From Candidatus Cloacimonadales bacterium (GTDB lineage Bacteria > Cloacimonadota > Cloacimonadia > Cloacimonadales > JAIOQZ01), in assembly GCA_963662655.2 (NCBI GenBank), contig CAXXTU010000002.1, positions 2,272,001 to 2,336,000 on the forward strand: a DNA stretch of 64,000 nucleotides, read 5' to 3'. Under the pieces are notes generated by a model, which was not told the origin of the DNA, made no database searches, and was given only the letters and a program-made list of their open reading frames with translations. This document shows positions 9,674 through 20,770 of this stretch, one piece after another; the first letter of the stretch is position 1, and each line of letters begins with the position of its first letter. Made by a program: the position numbers and the translations under genes.

Positions 9674-12253
9674 ATGAATTTGAACAAAATGACTCTCATG
9701 GTCCAGGAATCGCTCGAAAAAGCGCGCCAGATAGCGCTCGAGCACGGGAATCAGGAAATCGGAACCTTACATATATTATCCGCGATGTTGAACGCGGAGG
9801 AGAGCTTTATCCCGCCCTTGATGCGAAAAATCGGCATCGAACCGCAACAACTCACGGGAGAACTCACGGGCAAGATCGAGAACCTCCCCCGTGTGAGCGG
9901 TCTCAGCCAGGCCTACCTTTCCAGCGAGCTGCACAACGTTCTGGACGCAGCGGAGAAGGAAGCCGGAGGCATGCAGGATGAATTCATCAGTCTGGAGCAC
10001 ATCATACTGGCGATGCTCGAAAAGAAATGCGAAGCCGGCTCCATGCTGAAGCGCTACAGAGTCGACCGCAAGAAGGTGCTGGAAGCGCTCAAGGACATTC
10101 GCGGTTCGCAGCGCGTAACCGACCAAAATCCTGAAGCAAAGTATCAGGCGCTCAAACGCTACGCGCGCAATCTCACCGAGCTGGCGCGCACAGGTAAGCT
10201 CGATCCCGTGATCGGCCGCGACGAAGAGATCCGTCGCAGCATCCAGATTTTGTCCCGGCGTCGCAAGAACAATCCGATCCTCATCGGCGATCCGGGCGTT
10301 GGAAAAACCGCGATCGTAGAAGGGCTCGCCCGGCGCGTGATCGATCAGGACGTGCCGGAGAATCTCAAGGACAAGGACCTTGTCGAGCTCGACATGGCAG
10401 CGCTGCTCGCCGGGGCCAAGTTCCGCGGCGAATTCGAGGAACGCCTGAAAGCCGTTCTCAAGGAGGTGGAGGACTCCGACGGCAAGATCATTCTTTTTAT
10501 CGACGAACTTCACACGGTGGTAGGAGCAGGGGCGGCCGAAGGCGCGGTGGATGCGTCCAACATGCTCAAGCCGGCGCTGGCTCGCGGATCGCTGCATTGC
10601 ATCGGCGCGACGACCCTTGATGAATACCGCAAGTACATAGAAAAGGACGCGGCGCTGGAAAGACGATTCCAGCCGGTAATGGTCAGCGAACCCAACGAGG
10701 AGGAGACCATCTCGATCCTGCGTGGGATCAAGGAGAAGTACGAGGTTCACCACGGTGTGCAGATTACCGACAGTGCGCTGGTTGCGGCCGCGGTACTCTC
10801 GAACCGCTACATATCGGATCGCTTTCTGCCGGACAAGGCCATCGACCTCGTGGATGAAGCCTGTGCGCTTCTCCGCATGGAGATCGATTCGATGCCCGTT
10901 GAGCTTGACGAGATCGAGAGGCGCCTGCGGCAACTCGAGATCGAGAAGCTCTCCATGCAGAAGGAGAAGGATCCACTTTCCAAAGAACGCCTGCGCAAGA
11001 GCGACGAAGAAACCGCTCAACTGAAGGAGAAGCAGGCTTCGCTGAAGATGCGCTGGGAGTTCGAGAAAAACCTCCTCAAGCAGATCGGCGACATTTCCGA
11101 GGAGATCGACCGCATCAAGGCGGAAGCGGATATCGCCGAGCGAGGCGGCGACTACAATCGGGTTGCCGAGCTCCGCTATGGAATGCTCAACAGCAAGCAG
11201 AAGCAGTTGGACGATCTTCGAGCCAAACTCGCGGAAATCCCCAAAGACGAGCAGCTCCTCAAGGAGCAAATCGACGAAGAGATGATCGCGCAGGTGGTCT
11301 CCAAGTGGACGCACATACCCGTTTCCAAGCTCATGCAGAGTGAGATGCAGAAGCTAGTGAAGATGGAAGATTATCTCGCGCAACGAGTCATTGGCCAGCG
11401 GGAAGGAATACATGCCGTATCCAACGCTATTCGTCGCTCGCGCAGCGGACTGGCCGACACCGAAAGGCCCATCGGATCGTTCCTGTTTCTCGGTCCCACC
11501 GGTGTGGGCAAGACCGAACTCGCCAAGACCCTGGCCGAGTTCCTCTTCGATTCCGAGCGAGCCATGATCCGCGTCGATATGTCCGAGTACATGGAGCGAC
11601 ACTCGGTATCCCGACTCATCGGAGCCCCTCCGGGTTACGTGGGCTACGATCAGGGCGGCTACCTAACCGAAGCCGTTCGCAGAAGACCCTACTGCGTCAT
11701 CCTCTTCGACGAGATCGAGAAGGCACACAACGATGTATTCAACGTCCTGCTGCAAATCCTGGACGATGGACGCCTCACCGATGGAAAAGGACGCACTGTC
11801 GACTTCAAGAACACGGTCATTATCATGACCTCCAACATGGGCTCCGACATCATCTTCAACGCCGGTAGCGACGACCTGGATGAGATTCGCCCGCAACTGA
11901 TGAACATCCTGCGGCAATATCTCCGACCCGAGTTCATCAACCGCCTGGACGACATCATCCTCTTCCATCGACTCAGCCAGTCGCAGATTGAAGAGATCGT
12001 CCGCATTCAGCTCAAGCGTCTGCAAAAAAGGCTGAGCGAAAGGCAGATTGTGCTGGAAATCACCGATTCCGCCATGCACAAACTGGCGGAAGAGGGCTTC
12101 GATCCCCAATACGGAGCACGCCCACTCAAGAGAGTCATCCAGCGTGAGATAGAGAACAATCTCGCGAAGGAAATTCTCGAAGGGAACATCCTGCCCAATC
12201 ACAGGATTGAGGTGGATTACATAGACCGGAAGTACGTGTTTAAATCGGAGTAA
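9674..12253 (+). CDS. clpB: ATP-dependent chaperone ClpB
   Basis: [29 protein letters not shown], coiled-coil middle domain, [32 protein letters not shown]; 859 aa. Confidence 0.98.
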   Translation: MNLNKMTLMVQESLEKARQIALEHGNQEIGTLHILSAMLNAEESFIPPLMRKIGIEPQQLTGELTGKIENLPRVSGLSQAYLSSELHNVLDAAEKEAGGMQDEFISLEHIILAMLEKKCEAGSMLKRYRVDRKKVLEALKDIRGSQRVTDQNPEAKYQALKRYARNLTELARTGKLDPVIGRDEEIRRSIQILSRRRKNNPILIGDPGVGKTAIVEGLARRVIDQDVPENLKDKDLVELDMAALLAGAKFRGEFEERLKAVLKEVEDSDGKIILFIDELHTVVGAGAAEGAVDASNMLKPALARGSLHCIGATTLDEYRKYIEKDAALERRFQPVMVSEPNEEETISILRGIKEKYEVHHGVQITDSALVAAAVLSNRYISDRFLPDKAIDLVDEACALLRMEIDSMPVELDEIERRLRQLEIEKLSMQKEKDPLSKERLRKSDEETAQLKEKQASLKMRWEFEKNLLKQIGDISEEIDRIKAEADIAERGGDYNRVAELRYGMLNSKQKQLDDLRAKLAEIPKDEQLLKEQIDEEMIAQVVSKWTHIPVSKLMQSEMQKLVKMEDYLAQRVIGQREGIHAVSNAIRRSRSGLADTERPIGSFLFLGPTGVGKTELAKTLAEFLFDSERAMIRVDMSEYMERHSVSRLIGAPPGYVGYDQGGYLTEAVRRRPYCVILFDEIEKAHNDVFNVLLQILDDGRLTDGKGRTVDFKNTVIIMTSNMGSDIIFNAGSDDLDEIRPQLMNILRQYLRPEFINRLDDIILFHRLSQSQIEEIVRIQLKRLQKRLSERQIVLEITDSAMHKLAEEGFDPQYGARPLKRVIQREIENNLAKEILEGNILPNHRIEVDYIDRKYVFKSE

Positions 12254-12266
12254 ACCTGAAACCTCA

Positions 12267-12392
12267 GTTCGGGAGCAGATTCGTTCGATCTGCCGCGTAA
12301 ACGTGGTGTTATGCACCTTATTTTTACGCTCGATAGTCCAAAGGTGCATTATATCCACGTTGGAGCGCAGATCGGGCGAAGGTGCCCCGAAC
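12267..12392 (+). repeat. Dispersed long-hairpin element, copy 2
   Basis: GTTCGGGAGCA..TTCGTTCGATCTGC..ACGTGGTGTTATGCACCTT-loop-AAGGTGCATTATATCCACGT..GCAGATCGGGCGAA..TGCCCCGAAC, 13 bp after the clpB stop. Confidence 0.85.
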
Positions 12393-12553
12393 GTCATTGC
12401 TTGATACACCGTATCCCTTTTTCTCGCTTGACAAGAAAGCTTTCTTAATATTTTCTCCCTGCGAAAGCTGGGAGAGTTCTATTCGAAAATCCATATACGA
12501 TATATCGCAATCAAATCACCAATAGCCCTAACCCATTACCCAAAGGAGTTTAC

Positions 12554-13267
12554 ATGAAGACTGCATGCGCAAAAATCGGTAGTTTATCTGGTGGAAACGT
12601 TCTCGATGTAGCAACTGGAGGAGGCGAGTTCATTCGTGTCTTGATGAGGCTCTTGAATGGTTACTCTCAATTTACTGGCATCGACAGTTCGAGCCGAATT
12701 ATTGAATTGAACGCTGAATCGTTCAAAGCATTGCCGGTAGCATTCGAGACCATGGATGCAGCCGAAATGCGCTTCGAGGATCATTCTTTTGACACAGTCG
12801 CCATCTCCAATTCCATACATCATTTATCCGATGTGGATAAGGTTTTCGATGAAATGTTGCGCGTTCTGAAGCCGGGAGGTAACTTAATCGTACGTGAAGT
12901 CATTTGCGATCCGGGGCAGACCCCTCCCCAGCAAAATCACATCGACCTCCATCACTGGTGGGCTAGAATCGATACCATTTGCGGAATCCCCCATCGCTTC
13001 ACCCATAGCAAAGAAGAGCTCGATTCCATGATTGGTTCGCTGCCGCTTGTGGAGCTTGAGTCCTATTCCTATATCTTTCCGGTCCAAGACCCACTCCATC
13101 CACAGATGATCGAGAAAATGACCTCCATGATCGATCCCTATGTTGAAAGGATCAAGGATCATGAGTCGTACAGGGAGCTGAAAGAGGAAGGGGAAATGCT
13201 GAAATCCCGCCTCAAAGAATCTGGATATGCACCGGCGACGGCGATGTTCTATATCGGAAAGAAGTAG
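12554..13267 (+). CDS. Class I SAM-dependent methyltransferase
   Basis: VLDVATGGG motif I, GIDSS, FEDHSFDTV, RVLKPGG. Confidence 0.9.
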   Translation: MKTACAKIGSLSGGNVLDVATGGGEFIRVLMRLLNGYSQFTGIDSSSRIIELNAESFKALPVAFETMDAAEMRFEDHSFDTVAISNSIHHLSDVDKVFDEMLRVLKPGGNLIVREVICDPGQTPPQQNHIDLHHWWARIDTICGIPHRFTHSKEELDSMIGSLPLVELESYSYIFPVQDPLHPQMIEKMTSMIDPYVERIKDHESYRELKEEGEMLKSRLKESGYAPATAMFYIGKK

Positions 13268-13411
13268 CGGGAATCGCCTTCCCCAGCACATGGATTTATC
13301 TGGTATTCTATAGCTTATAAGAAGAAGCTTGACAAAACTTTAACTTCCGAATTGTATTCAGTCAGGATAGCATCATCAGTGAATTTGAAACAAACCTTGC
13401 TGGAGGCGCCG

Positions 13412-15280
13412 ATGAAAAAGTTTCTGCCTGTTCTTTTCCTTCTTCTTGCAATCAATCTGATGGCCGAGACCATCATGTTCTATAACTTCGACAATGATTT
13501 CCAGTATTTCTTCAACGAGTGGACGCAGAATCGCGTACAGGGGATGTCTGCCTGGACGATCGCACAGGGTGGTCACAACGACCATCCGTCAGATGCTCAT
13601 TCCGGTAACCGCAACGCATTCCTGTACAAGGAATATGGTTTGGAAGGGACACAGATACAACAGTTGATCACGCCTCCGATGGACATCAGCAACTACACGT
13701 ACGTCTATGCTTCCATGTGGTTCGCGAGTGAAGCCTGGTTCCTGGATTCCGACTGGCTGTATGTATATTATCGTGAGTCGGAAGAGGATGAGTGGCACAG
13801 CTTCTGGAGCCCCAATTCAGGTACCGATTATGTCTACTGCGAACAACTTGTGGGAACTTTGCCTAACGCGCATGCCTTCCAGCTCATGTTCGAGGGGTAC
13901 GCCGACGGCGGTTTCGGGCTGTGCCTCGATGACATCCACATCTTTGGAACCCCCATCGGGCCCGGTGTGGCGATCGATCCCCTTCCCCATCGTAGCGAGA
14001 CAGGAGTCGGGCAGGATACGAGCATTTCCTGGACGAACACCGGCACCACGACAGAGGTGGAAATCCTTTTCGATACGGTGAATCCACCCCAGACCGTGGT
14101 CTACTCGGGAACGGCGATCGACACGCTCACCAACGCGCAAATCGGTGGGCCGTTTGCCCTGGGAACGACATGCTACTGGCAGGTCAACGCCATCAACGAC
14201 ACGCTCCAAACCAACGGAATGCTGTGGTCGTTCTGTGTTGCAGAACCACCGCCAGGACACCTGGTTGCCAGTCCGGACACGGTTTCCTGTACCCTGGCTT
14301 CGGGAACCCAGCAGGAACGCTCCCTTTCCCTTTCCAATACCGGAGGCCAGGAGCTGGATTACTCCATCACTGTTATGGGTTCCGGCAGCCGAGCCCTCCT
14401 GCATGAGGATTTCGAGAGCGGCGTTTATCCACCGGACGGATGGCAGACCTACCGCCTCGGAGCAACGGACGATCGCGCCTGGATCGAATCAACCTACGAT
14501 TCACACTCTCCCACGCACTCCATCGTGCATCCCGACGACGACTACAACAGCATGGCTCACGACTGGATCGTTACCCCTGCCGTTACGATATGCCCGAATA
14601 GCCACCTGCAGTTCTGGGAAAAAAACCAGTACGTCTATGGAAACTACTACACCTACCACGGCGTCTGGATATCCACCGGAAGCGGAGACCCGGCCGACAA
14701 CGACTTTATCGAGCTGATTGAGTCGGGAACAGAGATCGACAACTGGACGCTCAGATCCATCGACCTCGCGGACTACATCGGACAAACCGTGTATATTGGA
14801 TTCTACTATATAGGAGACTACGATTCGGTCTGGCGCATTGACGACGTCACCATCACCGGGGAAACCCCTCCGGCCTGGCTTACCGTTAGCGGCGAGCAGC
14901 AGTTAGAAGACAACCTGCTTCCCGGTTCGACGCAATCACTAGCGGTCGAGTTCGATGCATCCGGAATGAGCCCGGGAACCTACCGGGCATCGCTCCTTAT
15001 CGTTCCGCAGAACGACCAGGGCCTGATCGTCAAGCCTGTTGTCATGGAAGTCATAGAATCCCTGCTACTCCCACCCGAAGAAGTTACCATCGCTAGAACG
15101 GGAAACCAGGTCGACATATCTTGGAATACTGTTGATGGCGCTACATCATACGCGATTTACGCCTGCGATCGGCCCGACGGTGATTTCACCGAGTTGGTCT
15201 GGAACGGTTCAGGCAATTCGTGGAGTGCTACAGAAACCGACAGCAGGAAATTCTACTACGTTCGAGCACGTATCGATTAG
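13412..15280 (+). CDS. Secreted protein with MAM/cleaved-adhesin (choice-of-anchor J-like) domains
   Basis: Start reassigned to MKKFLPVLFLLL (ATG 13412, GGAGG RBS); HEDFESGVYPPDGW...DWIVTP...IDLADYIGQTVYIGF...WRIDDVTI. Confidence 0.75.
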   Translation: MKKFLPVLFLLLAINLMAETIMFYNFDNDFQYFFNEWTQNRVQGMSAWTIAQGGHNDHPSDAHSGNRNAFLYKEYGLEGTQIQQLITPPMDISNYTYVYASMWFASEAWFLDSDWLYVYYRESEEDEWHSFWSPNSGTDYVYCEQLVGTLPNAHAFQLMFEGYADGGFGLCLDDIHIFGTPIGPGVAIDPLPHRSETGVGQDTSISWTNTGTTTEVEILFDTVNPPQTVVYSGTAIDTLTNAQIGGPFALGTTCYWQVNAINDTLQTNGMLWSFCVAEPPPGHLVASPDTVSCTLASGTQQERSLSLSNTGGQELDYSITVMGSGSRALLHEDFESGVYPPDGWQTYRLGATDDRAWIESTYDSHSPTHSIVHPDDDYNSMAHDWIVTPAVTICPNSHLQFWEKNQYVYGNYYTYHGVWISTGSGDPADNDFIELIESGTEIDNWTLRSIDLADYIGQTVYIGFYYIGDYDSVWRIDDVTITGETPPAWLTVSGEQQLEDNLLPGSTQSLAVEFDASGMSPGTYRASLLIVPQNDQGLIVKPVVMEVIESLLLPPEEVTIARTGNQVDISWNTVDGATSYAIYACDRPDGDFTELVWNGSGNSWSATETDSRKFYYVRARID

Positions 15281-15291
15281 AACATTCGCGA

Positions 15292-15419
15292 GGCGGGAGC
15301 AGACTCGTTCGATCTTCCTTTTCGACGGGGTGTTTCGCGCCTTATTATCTCGTGTCCGGTAGTTTCGAAGGCGCGGTATATCCCCGGTGAAAAGGAAGAT
15401 CGGGCGAATATGCCTCGCC
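15292..15419 (+). repeat. Dispersed long-hairpin element, copy 3
   Basis: GGCGGGAGCA..CTCGTTCGATCTTCCTTTTC..CGGGGTGTTTCGCGCCTT-loop-AAGGCGCGGTATATCCCCG..GAAAAGGAAGATCGGGCGAA..TGCCTCGCC. Confidence 0.85.
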
Positions 15420-15543
15420 GGATGAACATTGCTGGACACCTATTACATTAACCTGTTCAAACATTTATTTTGACAATCAGTGATTATTATTCATATCGTG
15501 ACAAATACATTAAGAAAATGTATTTGTGAACTGGAGGATCTAC

Positions 15544-16605
15544 ATGAAAAAACATTGGCTGTATTTCTTAATTCTTTTACTGCTTTGTGGTTCCATGCAG
15601 GCAAAGCCTCAGGGATTCTTTACGATGGAGGAAATTGCCGACAAGATCAAGAGCGCCTTCAATACCGAAATCGTTAGCCACATTGGCGACATCATAGCTG
15701 ACGATGAGCACTTCAACGTTTTTGGCCAGAAAATAATCGATCAAGTCAAGCAAACAGATCAATATAAGAATGCGCCGGAGGCGCAGCAGCAGCTGTTTCT
15801 CGAGAACATGAACCAGGGATTCGAAGAAGACCGAAAACAGCATACGGATAATTTGATTAACTCAATCATCTCCTTGGGGGAACGTTTCACGAAGCTCATT
15901 CTCGATTATCCTGAGATCGATTACTACTCGTTGGAAGTTTACTCGATTCAATACAGTACGAAGCAGGAGATGTATGGAATTACCATACACGAGAATACGA
16001 TCGTTTCACTGTTCAACGAAGACTACATGATCGAGTGCAACCTGCCGGAAGTCCTTGAAATCGATGGCGGATTCATTCTCGAGAAAGCGCCCGAATTCTC
16101 GGTTTACAGGTACGGTTTTTCCGTCGACGAGATCGCTTCCGAGATAGCTCGGGCATTCTCTCTTGCCGATTACAGGGTTATCGATTCACTTTATGTATCG
16201 GACACGCAAATGCAGAAGCTTTATGATACCTACACGGCCAGCTATCGCAAGGGAGAACAGTACCTCGCCTACACGGATAGCCAGAAAGCCGAGTTCGATA
16301 AAATCCTCGAGGACGGACGCTCCGACCTGATTTATGAAGTATTCAAGAAAAAAGATCAGAGTGAAGAAGCCTTCAACACAGTCATTTTCGGGAATAACTA
16401 CTTTGATTATACAACATTCCAGGTTGAAATGGCTGCCCCGGGATACGTCACTGTGGAAGAAGGCGTCAAATCGATGAACGAAGTCACAGTAACAATCAGC
16501 AACAATGAATATAACATACGCATCGTCCTCCACGAACTTCTTTCGTTCGGAACACAATGGAAAATCGTCGGCACGATAGATTTCACAGTAGAAGACAAGG
16601 AATAG
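15544..16605 (+). CDS. Secreted hypothetical protein
   Basis: Signal peptide MKKHWLYFLILLLLCGSMQA after GGAGG; the two halves look weakly repeated. Confidence 0.7.
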   Translation: MKKHWLYFLILLLLCGSMQAKPQGFFTMEEIADKIKSAFNTEIVSHIGDIIADDEHFNVFGQKIIDQVKQTDQYKNAPEAQQQLFLENMNQGFEEDRKQHTDNLINSIISLGERFTKLILDYPEIDYYSLEVYSIQYSTKQEMYGITIHENTIVSLFNEDYMIECNLPEVLEIDGGFILEKAPEFSVYRYGFSVDEIASEIARAFSLADYRVIDSLYVSDTQMQKLYDTYTASYRKGEQYLAYTDSQKAEFDKILEDGRSDLIYEVFKKKDQSEEAFNTVIFGNNYFDYTTFQVEMAAPGYVTVEEGVKSMNEVTVTISNNEYNIRIVLHELLSFGTQWKIVGTIDFTVEDKE

Positions 16606-17258
16606 TAGCAGTTAATCGAGAAGAATTAACAATCCGGTTCGCGGATGATTTTATATTGGCCGATACAGCCGCAATCGAGACTGTCACGAAGGAATGGATT
16701 TCGCGCTTACAAGGGTATCACCCGATCGATCGCCTGGAAATATCAATCGGAACCTTCTACGTCGAGAATCCTTACGTAAAAGTATCTGCCGCCGGCGATG
16801 AGATCGATAAAATCTGGCTTGAAATCAATTCTTACCAGTTCGATCTGAATCATTTTCTCGAAGAGATATTGCCCAGAACGCTGGCACACGAATTTCACCA
16901 CATCATCCGCCTTCGCTATCATCAGGAGTTTCATCTGGCCGCGCTGGCAGTCAACGAAGGCTTGGCGGATCATTTCATGATGGAAGTAACCGGCTGCAAG
17001 AAACCCGGATACGTTCAGCCAATCGATCCCGATTTGCTGAAAAAACTCGAGCCATTCATTCAACGAGACCTGTTCAATAAGGATTTCAATCACCGCATCT
17101 GGCAAAAGGGGAGCAGGGAGCAGGGAGTTCCGCATACTTTCGCGTATCGATTCGGATTCATGCTGGTCGATCGATATTTTCTCCAAAACCCGGAGAAATC
17201 AGCCTTGAACAGCTTCGGTCTCGATTGCCGCGAGATAATTTCATTATTCGTTCTGTAA
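16557..17258 (+). CDS. Putative Zn-dependent peptidase (DUF2268-like); start uncertain
   Basis: TLAHEFHHIIR...VNEGLADHF zincin motif, YRFGFMLV. Confidence 0.75.
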   Translation: MENRRHDRFHSRRQGIVAVNREELTIRFADDFILADTAAIETVTKEWISRLQGYHPIDRLEISIGTFYVENPYVKVSAAGDEIDKIWLEINSYQFDLNHFLEEILPRTLAHEFHHIIRLRYHQEFHLAALAVNEGLADHFMMEVTGCKKPGYVQPIDPDLLKKLEPFIQRDLFNKDFNHRIWQKGSREQGVPHTFAYRFGFMLVDRYFLQNPEKSALNSFGLDCREIISLFVL

Positions 17259-17283
17259 CAACCTGAGCGAGCGTATTCGGGCA

Positions 17284-17300
17284 TGGGGAATATCTCCCCG
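17284..17300. promoter_or_regulatory. Palindromic site matching the gdh-upstream UAS
   Basis: TGGGGAATATCTCCCCG, nearly identical to TGGGGAATATCTCCTCA at 20534-20550. Confidence 0.55.
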
Positions 17301-17335
17301 CATTTTCCTTTACATTTCTGCGCCGACATGCACCG

Positions 17336-19015
17336 TTGGTTCAGGAGGAACTGATGGAATCGATCAACGACCTCGGCCAGGATATCATTCATCTGGCGGG
17401 AAAAGGGCTTTCCCGTTCTCTCTTCTTAGCACAGTTGTCCGAACAGCTTTTCAATTTCACGGAATGCGATGAGATCGAAATCCGTATCGCGAAACCACGG
17501 TTAACCTATCGCTTTCTATATGATAAATCCGACCGTAAAACGAGCTTCAAACGGGTAAAATTCAGGAGAGCCGAGGGAATCGTCGTTCCGGTCCTCCAGC
17601 AGAAAACAGCCCTCGAATCCTTGTGCGAAAAGCTCTATGAGAAGCGGTACCACCCGCAACTCAAGTACCACTATCAACGCAGTTGCATCGTCGTGGAAGA
17701 TACCATGAACTTCGCTCTGCCGGATCCGGACACGCTTTATAAAGAAACCGGCTGGGGCTCCCTGGCGCTGCTGGCGTTCTCATCCAGCGGCAACATCCTT
17801 GGTCTGATCATTCTGAAATCCTTGAATCGCAAGGGATTCCGCCTGGGAGACGTGGACATCTTCAAGAGCATCGCCGAGACCATCGGAATCGCCATCGTAT
17901 TCCGCAACACGCAGTTTGCCTTGAACGAGCGCGTCAAGGAGCTGAGCTGCCTGCATGGCATCAGTCAGCTCGTGAACGATTACAGGCTCAGCAAAGAAGA
18001 CAAGTTTCAGCGCATCGCGGAAATGATACCGCCTGCGTTCCAGTATCCCGAACTGACCTCCTGCAAGCTCCTCATCGATGGGAAGCTCTACGAGAGCGGC
18101 AACTCGAGCAGGCTTATACACACCATGGAGAGCATGCTGATTTATGAAGGGAAATCCTTTGGTAAGATCACCGTCATGCTCGGGAAGGGATCAAAATCGG
18201 AACTGGTCGAATTCCTCCCAGAGGAGCAAGCGTTGCTCGATTCGATCAGTCGCGCAATTTCCACGCTTGTTGCGCGAACGCGGTTCGAGCGTGAGCGCAA
18301 GGAGCTCGAGGAGCAGCTTCATCACGCCGACCGCCTGGCAACCATCGGCCAGTTGGCGGCCGGTGTTGCGCACGAGTTGAACGAGCCGCTTTCAAACATC
18401 CTCGGATTCGCTCAGTTAGCGCAGAAATCCCTCGATAAGCCCGAGATGCTCGAAGGAGACATCGGTAAGATTGTGAAAGCGGCGCTGCACTCTCGTGAGA
18501 TCGTCAGGAAACTGCTCTTGTTCGCCCGTCAGATGCCGGCGCAGAAATCGGCGGTAAATCTCAACGACGTCGTGAGAGAAAACGTCTCGCTGCTAGACAA
18601 CCGCTTAAAAAGCGGAGGCATCGAGCTTCGGCTCGAGCTTGAGGAAAATTTACCCGGGATCACCGCGGACCGCTCACAGATCAGCCAGGTCATCATAAAC
18701 CTCACTGTCAACGCGGTGCAGGCAATGCCCTCCGGTGGAACGCTGACGGTCTCGACGCAATGCGACCGCTCGGCAATAACGCTACAGATTCAAGATACCG
18801 GCACCGGCATCGCCAAGGGGATCCGACAGAAGATTTTTATGCCGTTTTTCACCACAAAGGACATCGGCGAGGGAACGGGACTGGGATTATCCGTGGTTCA
18901 TGGAATCATTACCGCCCACAAAGGTACAATCGAAGTGGAGTCGGAAAGCGGGAAAGGATCGATCTTCCGCGTCAAGCTGCCCTGTGAACACTCCGGGAAA
19001 GGAGAGCAATCATGA
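17336..19015 (+). CDS. Sensor histidine kinase (GAF-like inputs, NtrB-type core)
   Basis: LATIGQLAAGVAHELNEPL H-box, NLTVNAVQA N-box, DTGTGI, FFTTKDIGEGTGLGLS. Confidence 0.93.
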   Translation: MVQEELMESINDLGQDIIHLAGKGLSRSLFLAQLSEQLFNFTECDEIEIRIAKPRLTYRFLYDKSDRKTSFKRVKFRRAEGIVVPVLQQKTALESLCEKLYEKRYHPQLKYHYQRSCIVVEDTMNFALPDPDTLYKETGWGSLALLAFSSSGNILGLIILKSLNRKGFRLGDVDIFKSIAETIGIAIVFRNTQFALNERVKELSCLHGISQLVNDYRLSKEDKFQRIAEMIPPAFQYPELTSCKLLIDGKLYESGNSSRLIHTMESMLIYEGKSFGKITVMLGKGSKSELVEFLPEEQALLDSISRAISTLVARTRFERERKELEEQLHHADRLATIGQLAAGVAHELNEPLSNILGFAQLAQKSLDKPEMLEGDIGKIVKAALHSREIVRKLLLFARQMPAQKSAVNLNDVVRENVSLLDNRLKSGGIELRLELEENLPGITADRSQISQVIINLTVNAVQAMPSGGTLTVSTQCDRSAITLQIQDTGTGIAKGIRQKIFMPFFTTKDIGEGTGLGLSVVHGIITAHKGTIEVESESGKGSIFRVKLPCEHSGKGEQS

Positions 19016-20328
19016 ATCCGGAACGAATCCTGATCGTGGACGACAATCCAGATACCCGTGAAATGATCTATCGCTACTTATTCGGCACGTACGCCGAGGT
19101 CATGACGGCTTCTTGCATGGATGATGCGTTAAACCTTCTGGAGGAATACCCGTTCGATCTTGTGATCACCGATTACAAAATGCCCCACGGATCGGGGCTG
19201 GACATCGTAAAGCATATCCGACACAACTACAGGAATATAGGCCTGATGATGGTTACCGGATACGCCACGGTCGAAGGCGCAGTCCAGGCAATGAAATCCG
19301 GGGTTGAGGAATATCTCCCCAAGCCATTCACCGAAGAAGAACTCCTGCACGCAATCGAGAACCTCGCCGGGAAGATCAGAACGCGCCGGAACATGGATGC
19401 GGATGAGCCGCTTGAAGCGAAGTATGGCATTATCGGAAATTCCAAGGCGATTCGCAGTGTATACGGCATGATCGAGAAGGCCTCGCAGGCAGTAGCAACC
19501 GTGCTGATATCCGGCGAAAGCGGAACGGGAAAAGAGCTCGTCGCACGAGCCATTCACTACCGGAGTCACAAGAGCTCGGCTCCCTTCGTTCCGGTCAATT
19601 GTTCGGCGATACCCGAAGAACTCATGGAAAGCGAACTCTTCGGATACGTCAAGGGAGCTTTCACCGGTGCGGACACCTCTCGGGCCGGATTCTTCCAGAC
19701 GGCTGAGGGCGGTTCTATATTCCTCGACGAGATCGGCGAGATCAGTCTGGCAACGCAGGTTAAGCTCCTCCGCGTGATACAGGAAAGGGAGATTTATCTG
19801 GTTGGCTCACGCAAGCCAGTTCCCGTTAACATACGCATCATCGCCGCAACCAACAAAGACCTCCGCAAGCTCACAGACAAAGGCAGCTTTCGCGAAGACC
19901 TGTATTATCGTCTGAACGTCCTCAATATCGAGCTTCCCCCTCTCCGTGAGCGCGACAACGATCTCGAACTTCTCATTCGCCACTTCTCCAGGAAATTCGC
20001 CCTCGACATGGGAGTCGATTCACCCGTTTTCGCCGATGACACGCTCCAGATTCTCAGAAATTACGCCTTTCCGGGGAATATCCGAGAATTGGAGAACCTG
20101 ATTCAACGACTCGTGGTGATGTGCGGGGAAAACCGCATCGAACCCGCTGAACTCCCCAACTATATGAGATACGCACAGCCAAGAACCAGAAACCTCAAAA
20201 AAACACTCGCTCAAATGGAAAGCGATTACGTTAGGCAGGTTCTGGATTCCGTGGGAGGAAACAAGTCGGAGGCAGCCAGAATTCTCGATGTCGACCGCAA
20301 AACCCTGCGCTCGAAACTCAAAACCTGA
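19012..20328 (+). CDS. Sigma54-dependent response regulator (NtrC family)
   Basis: Receiver ILIVDD...[25 protein letters not shown]; Fis HTH; ATGA overlap with the kinase. Confidence 0.95.
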   Translation: MNPERILIVDDNPDTREMIYRYLFGTYAEVMTASCMDDALNLLEEYPFDLVITDYKMPHGSGLDIVKHIRHNYRNIGLMMVTGYATVEGAVQAMKSGVEEYLPKPFTEEELLHAIENLAGKIRTRRNMDADEPLEAKYGIIGNSKAIRSVYGMIEKASQAVATVLISGESGTGKELVARAIHYRSHKSSAPFVPVNCSAIPEELMESELFGYVKGAFTGADTSRAGFFQTAEGGSIFLDEIGEISLATQVKLLRVIQEREIYLVGSRKPVPVNIRIIAATNKDLRKLTDKGSFREDLYYRLNVLNIELPPLRERDNDLELLIRHFSRKFALDMGVDSPVFADDTLQILRNYAFPGNIRELENLIQRLVVMCGENRIEPAELPNYMRYAQPRTRNLKKTLAQMESDYVRQVLDSVGGNKSEAARILDVDRKTLRSKLKT

Positions 20329-20353
20329 CCGAAATAGTCGATAACGCCCGGGA

Positions 20354-20477
20354 GACGGGAGCATCTTCACCCGATCCATGTACCGCGTGGTGTTTCACGG
20401 CGTAGCTTTTAATATATCTTCCGCTCGGAGCCGTGGTATATCCACGCGGTACATGGATCGGGCGAAGATGCCACGTC
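20354..20477 (+). repeat. Dispersed long-hairpin element, copy 4
   Basis: GACGGGAGCATCTTCACCCGATCCATGTACCGCGTGGTGTTTCACGGC-loop-GCCGTGGTATATCCACGCGGTACATGGATCGGGCGAAGATGCCACGTC. Confidence 0.85.
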
Positions 20478-20515
20478 GTTCAGGAATGAATCGGCACCCT
20501 CCCGCAATGACAAGC

Positions 20516-20550
20516 TGAGGCAAATCACCTCACTGGGGAATATCTCCTCA
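20516..20550. promoter_or_regulatory. Tandem UAS palindromes (TGrGG-N7-CCTCA x2)
   Basis: TGAGGCAAATCACCTCA (20516-20532) and TGGGGAATATCTCCTCA (20534-20550), about 105-140 bp upstream of the sigma54 promoter. Confidence 0.65.
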
Positions 20551-20653
20551 CTTTTTTTTACATCAAACCACCTCTCTAATCTCTCACCGTAATCATGCGT
20601 ATCGCGTTATATATCAACATTTTATCATTAGCTTTTCTCCGCATTCCGCTCAT

Positions 20654-20669
20654 TGGCACCCTTAATGCA
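20654..20669 (+). promoter_or_regulatory. Sigma54 promoter of the gdh operon
   Basis: TGGCACCCTTAATGCA: GG (20655) and GC (20667) 12 nt apart, as in -24/-12 promoters. Confidence 0.75.
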
Positions 20670-20770
20670 AATTATATTGGGCGAGTTCACGAGAACTCAC
20701 CCGGTAAATTTCGATCTACAAGAAATGGAAAAGATCGAGCCGGTATCAGTATAATCCAAGTGGAGGAAAA

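Noticed and set aside
9776..11314. 512-aa antisense ORF in clpB, and similar shadow ORFs (4160..5092, 21401..22534, 61940..62938)
   Set aside because: Fully overlap well-supported genes on the opposite strand and show no motifs; a codon-bias artefact.
3642..20477. Hairpin repeats as integron attC sites or intrinsic terminators
   Set aside because: They lack RYYYAAC...GTTRRRY ends, follow housekeeping genes such as clpB, no integrase is present, and there are no U-tracts.
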